The notes under the pieces: model-generated | The model's database searches: none | What the model saw: only the letters and a program-made list of their open reading frames with translations | Told to the model about the DNA's origin: nothing | Position numbers and translations under genes: made by a program | Part shown: piece by piece, positions 18,711 through 26,759 of the stretch | Position numbering within the stretch: the stretch's first letter is position 1 | Layout of the letters: each line of letters starts with the position of its first letter | DNA from: Hyphomicrobiaceae bacterium | Lineage (GTDB): Bacteria > Pseudomonadota > Alphaproteobacteria > Rhizobiales > Hyphomicrobiaceae | Length of the DNA: 64,000 nucleotides | Direction: 5' to 3' | NCBI GenBank assembly: GCA_020442165.1 | Contig: JAGRKV010000022.1 | Coordinates: 5,921 to 69,920, forward strand

Positions 18711-19259
18711 ATGAATAACTCGGCTCGCGCGAATATTGCCGCGCGTACCCAGACGCTTATAGCTGCAGTCGCATTCATGATCGGCGGCCTCGCGCTCACT
18801 CAGAATGCGCAAGCAGCGGATGGCCCGCCGACGCCCGATGAATATGTTGCGCATGTCGGCGGCGACGCACGGATTGTACCGGCAGGCGCTCTGAAACTCG
18901 ACGGCGGCCGCATGATATGCGGTCATCGCCCGACCGTGCTCGACAACGCGCTCGACGACTACGCGGCGGCCTATCCCGGCTTTCTCATCATCAACCCGAA
19001 GTTGATGAATCGCGTGTCTACCCCAGTCAAGAAGTGGATCTACTCCCACGAGTGCGCCCATCAGTTCCGTGGCCCAGACGAGGAAACTGCGGACTGCTTC
19101 GCGGTTCAGCGCGGCCGTCGCCAGGGCTGGCTGACAGATGCCGGACTGGAAGAAGTTTGCGCCTTCATCAAGCCGGCGAAGGGCGACGCGATGCACCTGT
19201 CGGGGTCCCACCGCTGTGAATCGATGCGCCGCTGCTTTGCCGATTCCAAGGTGCGCTGA
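18711..19259 (+). CDS. Small exported protein with an HExxH motif (putative Zn-metallopeptidase-like)
   Basis: Signal peptide ending LTQNAQA-AD. HECAH motif in the context WIYSHECAHQFRG. Six Cys residues suggest disulfide stabilisation. Confidence 0.55.
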   Translation: MNNSARANIAARTQTLIAAVAFMIGGLALTQNAQAADGPPTPDEYVAHVGGDARIVPAGALKLDGGRMICGHRPTVLDNALDDYAAAYPGFLIINPKLMNRVSTPVKKWIYSHECAHQFRGPDEETADCFAVQRGRRQGWLTDAGLEEVCAFIKPAKGDAMHLSGSHRCESMRRCFADSKVR

Positions 19260-19460
19260 TCGCGACCCGGCCTGATCCTGCCGGAAACCGTTGCTCCTGG
19301 CATTGGCCGTTCTGCATTGCCCCAGCTTGAAACATCACGCGACGAGGCCCTGCCCACTGCAGCTCCGTCGCGCACCTGATCCGCCCCATCTAATCCCCGC
19401 ACCGCCGCCGTGCCTTTAGCATGTGCCGAGCCCCGATCGAGGGCTGCGGAGCATCCATAC

Positions 19461-19892
19461 ATGCCGTTCACCGATTATGCGCGCGCCCTGCTCGAGCTCG
19501 CCGAAGTCATAAACAGGTGGTTTGCCACCCTCACCCCGCTCGACCGCGCGCGTCGCAATCGCGTTGCCCGCTACGCCGCCGAAATCGCCGATACCCTCGC
19601 CCGCGCTGCAGACGCCCTGCATGCGCTGGAAGCCGATCCGCGCGATCATCAGGCGGCACAACGCGCCGCCCGCGAGTTCGGCCGCATAACCGGATACGTC
19701 GAAACCATGGTCGGCGTGTTGGAACACCACCTTGACGGGCGCAAGCTCGCTGGCGTTAAAAGACGCCTCGAACGGCTGGAGGCAAGGCAGCCATCCATGG
19801 AGCAGGTCCGCCCGCCTGCTTTGCGACGCATTGACCGGGTGAGTGCCGCGGAAGGTTATTTCAGAGCACTCGCCGACGGCCTTAAAACCTGA
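19461..19892 (+). CDS. Hypothetical all-helical protein
   Basis: The ATG at 19461 ([21 protein letters not shown]...) is preferred over the track start at 19410. Arg/Ala-rich helical sequence with no family recognised. Confidence 0.45.
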   Translation: MPFTDYARALLELAEVINRWFATLTPLDRARRNRVARYAAEIADTLARAADALHALEADPRDHQAAQRAAREFGRITGYVETMVGVLEHHLDGRKLAGVKRRLERLEARQPSMEQVRPPALRRIDRVSAAEGYFRALADGLKT

Positions 19893-19936
19893 GGCACACC
19901 CGCGCCTCGGCCAAGACAACGAAAGAGAATGGCCCG

Positions 19937-20542
19937 ATGGATAAGTTCACGACGCTGACCGGGATCGCAGCACCGCTGCCGCTGCGCAATATCGACACCG
20001 ACATGATTATTCCCAAGCAGTTCCTGAAAACGATCCAGCGTACCGGACTTGGCAAATCGCTGTTCTTTGAAATGCGCTTCGACCAGGACGGAAAGGAAAA
20101 TCCCGATTTTGTCCTCAACAAGCCCGCCTACCGAAAGGCGCAGATTCTTGTCACTGGCGAGAACTTCGGTTGCGGCTCAAGCCGCGAGCATGCACCGTGG
20201 GCTTTGCTCGACTTCGGTATCCGCTGCGTCATCGCACCCGACTTCGCCGACATCTTCTACAACAACTGTTTCCAGAACGGCATCCTGCCCATCAAGCTGC
20301 CGCAGTCGGACGTCGACAAACTCCTCGATGACGCCAGCCGCGGCGCCAACGCCACCATCACCGTGGACCTGGACGCCCAGGAAATCCGCGGACCCGACGG
20401 CGGTGTCATCCGCTTCGAGATCGATCCCTTCCGCAAGCATTGCCTGCTGAACGGCCTCGACAACATCGGCCTCACCCTGGAAAAGACCTCGGCCATTTCA
20501 GTTTTCGAGACGAAAGCAAAAACTGATCGCCCTTGGCTTTGA
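19937..20542 (+). CDS. leuD: 3-isopropylmalate dehydratase small subunit
   Basis: [33 protein letters not shown] and [17 protein letters not shown] are canonical LeuD sequence. leuC is not adjacent. Confidence 0.95.
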   Translation: MDKFTTLTGIAAPLPLRNIDTDMIIPKQFLKTIQRTGLGKSLFFEMRFDQDGKENPDFVLNKPAYRKAQILVTGENFGCGSSREHAPWALLDFGIRCVIAPDFADIFYNNCFQNGILPIKLPQSDVDKLLDDASRGANATITVDLDAQEIRGPDGGVIRFEIDPFRKHCLLNGLDNIGLTLEKTSAISVFETKAKTDRPWL

Positions 20543-21232
20543 CGGCGGCAAACCATCAATAAGATACTTTTCAGCTCACACGAACGGTCGCCGCATCGAA
20601 GCTGCCGCGGCAACTGAGAAGCAGGCCCGAACCAGCCGGACGGGCCTGCAATCTTCAACAAACTCACCCGCGCAATGCGCTTCCATTTCATCTTCGAAAT
20701 GCATTTTCGAACCCCGCCAATTTTGAAATAGAGCCACCCGGACCCCGCGCTTCCCCGCCGCAAAGCAGCCCAGACAGCCGCGCAGGGAGCCGCCGCCACA
20801 AGGCGCCAATTCGCCAAAAAACACCCCTCTCCAGACGACAGCCAGAAGCAAAAATCACCAAATGGCCTGCTGCCGCTTGGCATTTCGGCGCTTCATTGCA
20901 GACGCTTCTGGCGCTAGAATATCGCTGAGCGATACCCCCGATTCAGCGTCGGCAAAAATCCCAAATAGACCTCACCACCACTCATGGGCATGCTGGTGAG
21001 GCGCGACAAATGCAGCATTTATAGTGCTTTCCACGACCTGAATCGTGGAAAAACCAATGAATTCGTTGCAAACACGACACGCAAGTTTCGTTTTCAGGGC
21101 GCAAAAGCAAGAAATCGCTTTTTTGCACAATAAGAAATACAATATCCAATCTAATCACCTGATCGGTACGATGCGGAAATACAAATAGACACGATTGAAA
21201 ACAACCTGATGCCTCTTAGAGGGAGACACCCG

Positions 21233-21628
21233 ATGGCAGCGAAGACGAAGACCAAGGCGAAAGCCAAGCCGGTTGCGAAGAAGAAGCCGGCCGTGAAGAA
21301 GACCACCAAAGCTGTGAAGGCCGCGAAGGCGACCAAGGCCACCAAGGCGCAGCTGACGGTCACTCTGCGTAATCTGAGCGATGCGATCGCCGAAAACCAT
21401 GAACTGCCCAAGAAGCAGGCCAATGCCATGCTGACCGAGATGGTCGACATGATCGCCACGCACCTGAAGAAGGGCTCGCGCATCCGCATCGGCGGTCTGG
21501 GCATCCTCCAGGTCCGTCATCGCCCCGCCCGCATGGGCCGCAACCCGGCAACCGGCGAGTCGATCAAGATCAAGGCGAGCAAGAAGATTGCCTTCCGCGC
21601 CGCCAAGGAATTGAAGCAGGCCGTCTGA
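21233..21628 (+). CDS. HU-family DNA-binding protein with a Lys/Ala-rich N-terminal extension
   Basis: The ATG at 21233 follows a GGGAGA RBS. The protein starts MAAKTKTKAKAKPVAKKKPAVKKTTKAVKAAKATKATKAQ, followed by an HU fold (GGLGILQVRHRPARMGRNPATGESIKIKASKKIAFRAAKELK). Confidence 0.85.
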   Translation: MAAKTKTKAKAKPVAKKKPAVKKTTKAVKAAKATKATKAQLTVTLRNLSDAIAENHELPKKQANAMLTEMVDMIATHLKKGSRIRIGGLGILQVRHRPARMGRNPATGESIKIKASKKIAFRAAKELKQAV

Positions 21629-21685
21629 TAGCGGCCCGCCTGGCGACGGGATTGCCCACCCCGGTCGCAACAGATCAAAAGACAA

Positions 21686-21722
21686 AAAGCCCCTGCGCAG
21701 ATCGAGCGCGGGGGCTTTTTCA
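21686..21722 (+). terminator. Rho-independent terminator after the HU-like gene
   Basis: GCCCCTGCGC (21689-21698), 7-nt loop, GCGCGGGGGC (21706-21715) with one G-U pair, followed by TTTTT. Confidence 0.75.
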
Positions 21723-21785
21723 TTTCGCTCTTATTGCAGGCACGCCGCCACCCGAATAGCCTCACTCCAAAAGCACGAGGCTCGA

Positions 21786-22223
21786 ATGCTTGAAGAACTG
21801 GTCCGCTTCGTCGCCCGCGAGGACGTACTGCCCTTCTATATGATGCTCTGCATCGCCGTCATGGTGCTGCCGATGCTGGGTCTCGCGATCTGGTTCCATC
21901 GCGGCATTGGCCGGACCGAAGGTGGCCGGCGCCTCATGCGCGACCACGGCAATGCGCCAATGCGCAGCCGCTCACCCGTTCATTCCGCACGGCAGATCGG
22001 CCAAGCCGCAGCGGCATTGAAAGCGGTCAACGCCGGGTATTATGGCCAGACTGTCAAAAGCACTTACAAGACCGTCTGGGTCATCGTCGGCCTCTGGCTG
22101 CTCGCCAACATTCTGGTCTGGGGGCTGCCGATCTATGGCCAGGCCATAAACAACCAATCAGAGGCGGAACAGAACTCCGCCCCCGCCACCAACGATACAC
22201 GCGGCGGCACAGCCAAGTTTTAG
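21786..22223 (+). CDS. Hypothetical membrane protein
   Basis: Two hydrophobic helices (FYMMLCIAVMVLPMLGLAIWF and VWVIVGLWLLANILVWGLPI). Its TAG stop (22221-22223) is the first 3 nt of repeat copy A. Confidence 0.5.
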   Translation: MLEELVRFVAREDVLPFYMMLCIAVMVLPMLGLAIWFHRGIGRTEGGRRLMRDHGNAPMRSRSPVHSARQIGQAAAALKAVNAGYYGQTVKSTYKTVWVIVGLWLLANILVWGLPIYGQAINNQSEAEQNSAPATNDTRGGTAKF

Positions 22224-22326
22224 AGCGTGTTTAGCTGAAGTGTTTAGCGGTTCGGCGTGAAGAACATGCTCAAGACATAAAAGATGGAGCGCCTTCCCGA
22301 GTCTATAGAAAGTGGACACGCTCTAG
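22221..22326. repeat. Intergenic ~105-bp MITE/REP-like repeat, copy A
   Basis: About 87% identical by eye to 33807-33912 in direct orientation. Shared core: TGTTTAGCTGAAGTG..GCGGTTC.GCGTGAA.AACATGCTCAAGACA.AAAAGAT.GAGCGC..TCCCGA.TCTAT.GAAA.TG.AC.CGCTCTA. The termini are inverted (TAGAGCGTG ... CACGCTCTA). Confidence 0.75.
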
Positions 22327-22423
22327 GCGCCATACCGAAAATGCAAACGCCGCTCAAAGCAAACCGCCGCGGACCATAATCCGCGGCGGTTCGATTTATG
22401 CAGACCGGCAAGAGACGCGCGAC

Positions 22424-24253
22424 TCAGTACACGCGAGCCTTCGGCTCGATGTAGCTTATCTCGTTGGTCAGCGTGTAGGTATGCACCGGCCTGAAGTCCA
22501 GACGCACCGTCTTCTGCCCATAGTCGGCAAAGGCAAGCGTGTGCTTCATCCAGTTGGCGTCGTCGCGCTTTGGGAAATCCTCGCGCGCATGTGCGCCACG
22601 GCTTTCCTTGCGGTTCTCCGCACCCGTCACCGTCACCGCTGCCTGCGCGATCAGGTTGTCGAATTCCAGAGTCTCGACGAGATCCGAATTCCAGATGAGC
22701 GAGCGGTCCGTCACCTTGATGTCGTCGGAATGCTTCCAGATCTCATTGATCTTCTGGATGCCCTCCTGCATCACCGGGCCATCGCGGAACACGGCGCAAT
22801 TGGCCTGCATGGTCTTTTGCATCCGGAGCCGCAGCGCCGCCGTCGGCGTCTCGCCCTTCGCATACCGGAAGCGGTCGAGCCGTGATAGCGCGAGATCTAC
22901 GGCATCGCCGGGCAGCTCAGCCTGGCGCTCCTTGCTGTCGACAACGTCCGCGCAGCGCAGCCCCGCCGCACGCCCGAACACGACGAGATCGATAAGCGAA
23001 TTGGAACCAAGACGGTTGGCGCCATGCACCGACACGCAAGCTGCTTCGCCGATCGCCATCAACCCCGGCACGACGTGATCGGGATTGCCATCCTTCAGCG
23101 TCAGCACCTCCCCATGGAAGTTCGTCGGGATGCCGCCCATGTTGTAGTGGACTGTCGGGATAACCGGGATCGGTTGCCGCCGCAGATCGACGCCGGCGAA
23201 GATCTTCGCGCTCTCCGTGATACCGGGCAGCCGTTCCGCCAGAATCTTGGGATCGAGGTGGTCCAGATGCAGGTGGATGTGGTCCCCTTCAGAACCCACG
23301 CCTCGGCCCTCGCGGATCTCGACCGTCATCGAGCGCGAAACCACGTCGCGCGAGGCGAGATCCTTGGCATGCGGCGCATAGCGCTCCATGAAGCGCTCGC
23401 CCTGGCTGTTGGTAAGATAACCGCCTTCGCCGCGCGCGCCTTCCGTAATGAGAACGCCCGCGCCATAGATGCCGGTCGGATGGAACTGCACGAATTCCAT
23501 GTCCTGCAGCGGCAGGCCCGCCCGCAGCACCATGGCATTGCCGTCGCCCGTGCAGGTATGCGCGGACGTGCAGGAGAAATAGGCGCGTCCATAGCCACCG
23601 GTCGCCAGAATTGTCTTCTTCGCCCGGAAGGCGTGGATAGTACCGTCATCCAGGTTGAGCGCCACGACGCCGCGGCAGGCCCCGTCCTGATCCATCATCA
23701 GGTCGATGGCGAAATACTCGATGAAGAACTCCGCGGAGTGCCGCAACGACTGGCCATAGAGCGTATGCAGCATCGCGTGGCCGGTACGGTCGGCGGCGGC
23801 GCAGGTGCGCTGTGCGGGCGGGCCCTCGCCGAACTCGGTCGTCATGCCGCCGAACGGGCGCTGATAGATGCGGCCATCCTCGGTGCGCGAAAACGGCACG
23901 CCGTAGTGCTCCAGCTCATAGACGGCATCAGGCGCATGGCGGCACAGATACTCGATCGAATCCTGATCGCCGAGCCAGTCCGACCCCTTGACGGTGTCGT
24001 ACATATGCCAGCGCCAATTGTCCGGACCCATATTGCCCAGCGAAGCCGCAACGCCACCTTGTGCCGCCACCGTATGCGACCGCGTCGGAAACACCTTGGT
24101 CACGCACGCCGTCTTGAGGCCCGCCTCCGCGCATCCCAGCGTCGCCCTGAGGCCGGCGCCGCCAGCACCCACGACGACCACGTCATACGTATGATGGATC
24201 ACGGGATAGGCCTTGCCGCCGACCGCCGGACCGCTGCTCACGTTCGTCGCCAT
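22424..24253 (-). CDS. sdhA: Succinate dehydrogenase flavoprotein subunit
   Basis: [18 protein letters not shown] motif, [10 protein letters not shown] (covalent FAD His) and full-length SdhA-like sequence. The ATG at 24253 has a GGAG RBS, whereas the track start at 24268 is a TTG. Confidence 0.95.
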   Translation of the reverse strand: MATNVSSGPAVGGKAYPVIHHTYDVVVVGAGGAGLRATLGCAEAGLKTACVTKVFPTRSHTVAAQGGVAASLGNMGPDNWRWHMYDTVKGSDWLGDQDSIEYLCRHAPDAVYELEHYGVPFSRTEDGRIYQRPFGGMTTEFGEGPPAQRTCAAADRTGHAMLHTLYGQSLRHSAEFFIEYFAIDLMMDQDGACRGVVALNLDDGTIHAFRAKKTILATGGYGRAYFSCTSAHTCTGDGNAMVLRAGLPLQDMEFVQFHPTGIYGAGVLITEGARGEGGYLTNSQGERFMERYAPHAKDLASRDVVSRSMTVEIREGRGVGSEGDHIHLHLDHLDPKILAERLPGITESAKIFAGVDLRRQPIPVIPTVHYNMGGIPTNFHGEVLTLKDGNPDHVVPGLMAIGEAACVSVHGANRLGSNSLIDLVVFGRAAGLRCADVVDSKERQAELPGDAVDLALSRLDRFRYAKGETPTAALRLRMQKTMQANCAVFRDGPVMQEGIQKINEIWKHSDDIKVTDRSLIWNSDLVETLEFDNLIAQAAVTVTGAENRKESRGAHAREDFPKRDDANWMKHTLAFADYGQKTVRLDFRPVHTYTLTNEISYIEPKARVY

Positions 24254-24257
24254 CCCG

Positions 24258-24638
24258 TTATGCTCCAAAGCTCAGCTTGGCCACTGCGAACAAGATCGCG
24301 GCGCCAACAAAGATAGCAAAGAAGGTGTTGAGCATCAGCGACACCACCTTGACCCCCTCGCCATGCACGTAATCTTCGATGATGACCTGCATGCCCAATC
24401 GCATGTGGATCGCTCCCGAGATTCCAAGCAGGGCGAATACAATGCCGACCAGCGGATTGGCGAACCAGGTCTTGACCGTCGCATGATCCGATCCCGCCAT
24501 CGACAGCACCAGCCACATGACCAGCACCACCAGAATGAGGTTGGCGACGGCCGTCACCCGCTGTTTCCAGAAATGATCGGCACCCTCTTTGGCAGAGCCG
24601 AGCCTGCGGGCGTTCTTAAGAGGTGTTCGCATGTTCAT
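24258..24638 (-). CDS. sdhD: Succinate dehydrogenase hydrophobic membrane anchor subunit
   Basis: Three-helix membrane protein ([17 protein letters not shown]...) located between sdhC and sdhA. ATG at 24638. Confidence 0.9.
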   Translation of the reverse strand: MNMRTPLKNARRLGSAKEGADHFWKQRVTAVANLILVVLVMWLVLSMAGSDHATVKTWFANPLVGIVFALLGISGAIHMRLGMQVIIEDYVHGEGVKVVSLMLNTFFAIFVGAAILFAVAKLSFGA

Positions 24639-24642
24639 GGCA

Positions 24643-25098
24643 TCACCCAACTGCGGAAATGTAGTTCAAGGGCGCCTGTGCGAACGTGGCGGCAAACTGG
24701 CCCGACAGTAGCCAGACAAGCAACGTCAGCACGATCGAGGCGATCAGCGACGTCCAGCACATCCGGTCCACGGTGCTAAGTTCGTAGCCCTTGCCGGTGT
24801 CCCAAATGAAATGCCGGATCCCTCCCAGGGCATGCAGGAACAGCGCCCAGGTAAACCCAAACAGGATTAAGCGGCCGATCAGACTGCCCATGATCCCATT
24901 GACGAAGGCGAAATAGTCCGGGCCCGCCGCCGCCGCCACCAGCCACCACGCCAGCAGCGCCGAACCGAAATAAAGCGCCGCACCGGTTATGCGGTGCAGG
25001 ATCGACATAACCATATTGATGATCGGCTTGTAGACCTGCAGATGCGGCGACAACGGCCGCTCTGCACGCCCGCCGCGCAAGGTTTTGGCTTCAGCCAT
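24643..25098 (-). CDS. sdhC: Succinate dehydrogenase cytochrome b556 subunit
   Basis: RPLSPHLQVYKPIINMVMSILHRITG is the canonical SdhC start. Confidence 0.9.
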   Translation of the reverse strand: MAEAKTLRGGRAERPLSPHLQVYKPIINMVMSILHRITGAALYFGSALLAWWLVAAAAGPDYFAFVNGIMGSLIGRLILFGFTWALFLHALGGIRHFIWDTGKGYELSTVDRMCWTSLIASIVLTLLVWLLSGQFAATFAQAPLNYISAVG

Positions 25099-25246
25099 GA
25101 CATGTCCTCAACGGATGCTCTGAAGCGCTTTTAGCCTGCTCGCTGCAGCGCGGCAATTCGTCGAATGACATATTTGACTGAAGGAAAATCTGGCCTCTGG
25201 CTGCGCACTGATCGCCATGCGGGCGCGAGACGAGGCGGATTTGCTC

Positions 25247-26221
25247 TCAATCGAGAGAGGCGATGATGGCCCTGCCGAGCGCTGAGCCGCTCTCGTAGGC
25301 GTGCTCCGACAACCTGCCCAGGCACCAATCACCCGCGACACCGACGTTTTGCTGGCTTGAATAGACGTAAGTCTCACCCAGGGACTGATCCACGAGCCCA
25401 AATCTCCACAAATGAGCAGTCATCTGCGAAGGCCGCGCCGGCGGCAGGTCGAGAACGTGGCAGACTTCCGACCACAGCTCCTCTGCAACCAGCTCCGGCT
25501 CTGCATCTTCCGTCTCGCGGCTCCAGGCCGGCGAGGCATGGACGACGATTGTTTCACCTTTCGTCGTCCTGCCCGGTTTGGCGTTGTTGCGCGCGATCCA
25601 GCGGATCACGTCCGACATGTCCGAATAAACATCCTGATCGGGCAGGACACGCTGTTCCAGACGCACCATCAGCGACCAGCACGGCGACATGCGTACGCGC
25701 GCCAACGGTTCGGCGACTTCTTCAACCCGCCCGAGCAGCAAGAGCGCCTGGGGCGCCGGCACCGCCACCGCCACAGCGGCGAACGGGCCAACGACCGTCT
25801 CGTCGTCGAACCAGATGTGCCAGGACTTGTCTGTCCGGTCGATAGTATGGACCCGGCGGCTCGTATGGATCCGCACGCTCTCTGCCAACGGCCGCACGAT
25901 TGAGGACATGCCGGGTGTCCCGACGAACCACGGCAGGATCTGGCCGCCGCCTTGTTCACCAGTGGAAGTGACCGGTTTCCAAGGCGCGGCATAACCGGAG
26001 CTGCATAGCTCATCGATAAAAGCGCGGAACTGGGCGGAACGTGCTGTCAGATACTGCGCACCGTGATCGTAGGACACGAGACCGAGGCGCGTTGTCGCCA
26101 TTCGCCCGCCGATGATGCGATCTTGTTCGAAGATTTCGACATAGGCACCAGCGCGCCGGAGCACCCGCGCGCAAGCGAGTCCCGCAAGTCCAGCTCCAAT
26201 GACAGCAATGCGCTTCGTCAC
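25247..26221 (-). CDS. NAD(P)/FAD-dependent oxidoreductase (amine-oxidase/renalase-like fold)
   Basis: The N-terminal dinucleotide motif KRIAVIGAGLAGLACA follows a GTG start. There is a C-terminal flavin-binding segment (VGVAGDWC). Confidence 0.8.
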   Translation of the reverse strand: MTKRIAVIGAGLAGLACARVLRRAGAYVEIFEQDRIIGGRMATTRLGLVSYDHGAQYLTARSAQFRAFIDELCSSGYAAPWKPVTSTGEQGGGQILPWFVGTPGMSSIVRPLAESVRIHTSRRVHTIDRTDKSWHIWFDDETVVGPFAAVAVAVPAPQALLLLGRVEEVAEPLARVRMSPCWSLMVRLEQRVLPDQDVYSDMSDVIRWIARNNAKPGRTTKGETIVVHASPAWSRETEDAEPELVAEELWSEVCHVLDLPPARPSQMTAHLWRFGLVDQSLGETYVYSSQQNVGVAGDWCLGRLSEHAYESGSALGRAIIASLD

Positions 26222-26232
26222 GCGATCAATTT

Positions 26233-26244
26233 GCGGTCTAGCAC
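26233..26244. repeat. 12-bp direct repeat GCGGTCTAGCAC, left copy
   Basis: Exact copy of 26734-26745. Lies 11 nt upstream (gene sense) of the oxidoreductase GTG start. Confidence 0.9.
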
Positions 26245-26643
26245 CGCGCCTCTTGTAAAAATATTGCGCCTAGCCCGAATGCACCTGCACCATGCCCGGC
26301 GTATCCGCCCACAAACTAAGCCTACAAGCCAGAAGTTAACGAATACTCCAGAAAGCGTGCCACGCTTGGTCAGCGTCATTTCCCCGCTGGAACAAGTCTT
26401 TCCGCGAACGGATGTTGAGCACCAGTATATGCGTGGGTATTTCCGGGCGTTCTTCCCGGTTTACCATAAGATCTGGTAACATAAATGCCCTATCGAGGCA
26501 CGAAAATCTAAACTGTTACATGCCAGATCTGGCCTAGGACTGCCGGAATAATATCAATTCCGGCCAATACGGATTAGATGAGGCTGCGACCAAGGTCCGC
26601 CGCGTTGCGACGCCCCAGCGGCGTAGCCCGTGCACTAGTAAAT

Positions 26644-26667
26644 ATCCCCCTGGCAAAGCCGGGGGAT
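26644..26667 (-). terminator. Possible terminator hairpin downstream of the MaoC-family gene
   Basis: ATCCCCC / GGGGGAT 7-bp stem with a 10-nt loop. On the minus strand it is followed by ATTTACT, only a weak T tract. Confidence 0.3.
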
Positions 26668-26733
26668 CTCCTAAGGACTTTAGAGGCTGGATAGGCAAGT
26701 AAGCTCGTCGAGAGCGCTTCAACCCAAGTCGCA

Positions 26734-26745
26734 GCGGTCTAGCAC
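26734..26745. repeat. 12-bp direct repeat GCGGTCTAGCAC, right copy
   Basis: Exact copy of 26233-26244. Lies about 15 nt downstream of the MaoC-family gene stop. Confidence 0.9.
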
Positions 26746-26759
26746 AAGGAAAAACCCTG

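Noticed and set aside
20257-20883. 208-codon minus-strand ORF spanning the leuD 3' end and the following spacer
   Set aside because: It overlaps leuD antisense and continues into non-coding DNA. The peptide is Cys/Trp/Arg-rich with no RBS or motif.
23024-24316. 430-codon plus-strand ORF
   Set aside because: It is antisense to sdhA and has an Arg/Ala/His-rich nonsense composition.
26063-26479. 138-codon plus-strand ORF crossing the oxidoreductase start into the 0.5-kb insert
   Set aside because: Its first third is antisense to a well-supported gene. The remainder lies in AT-rich spacer with atypical codon usage.
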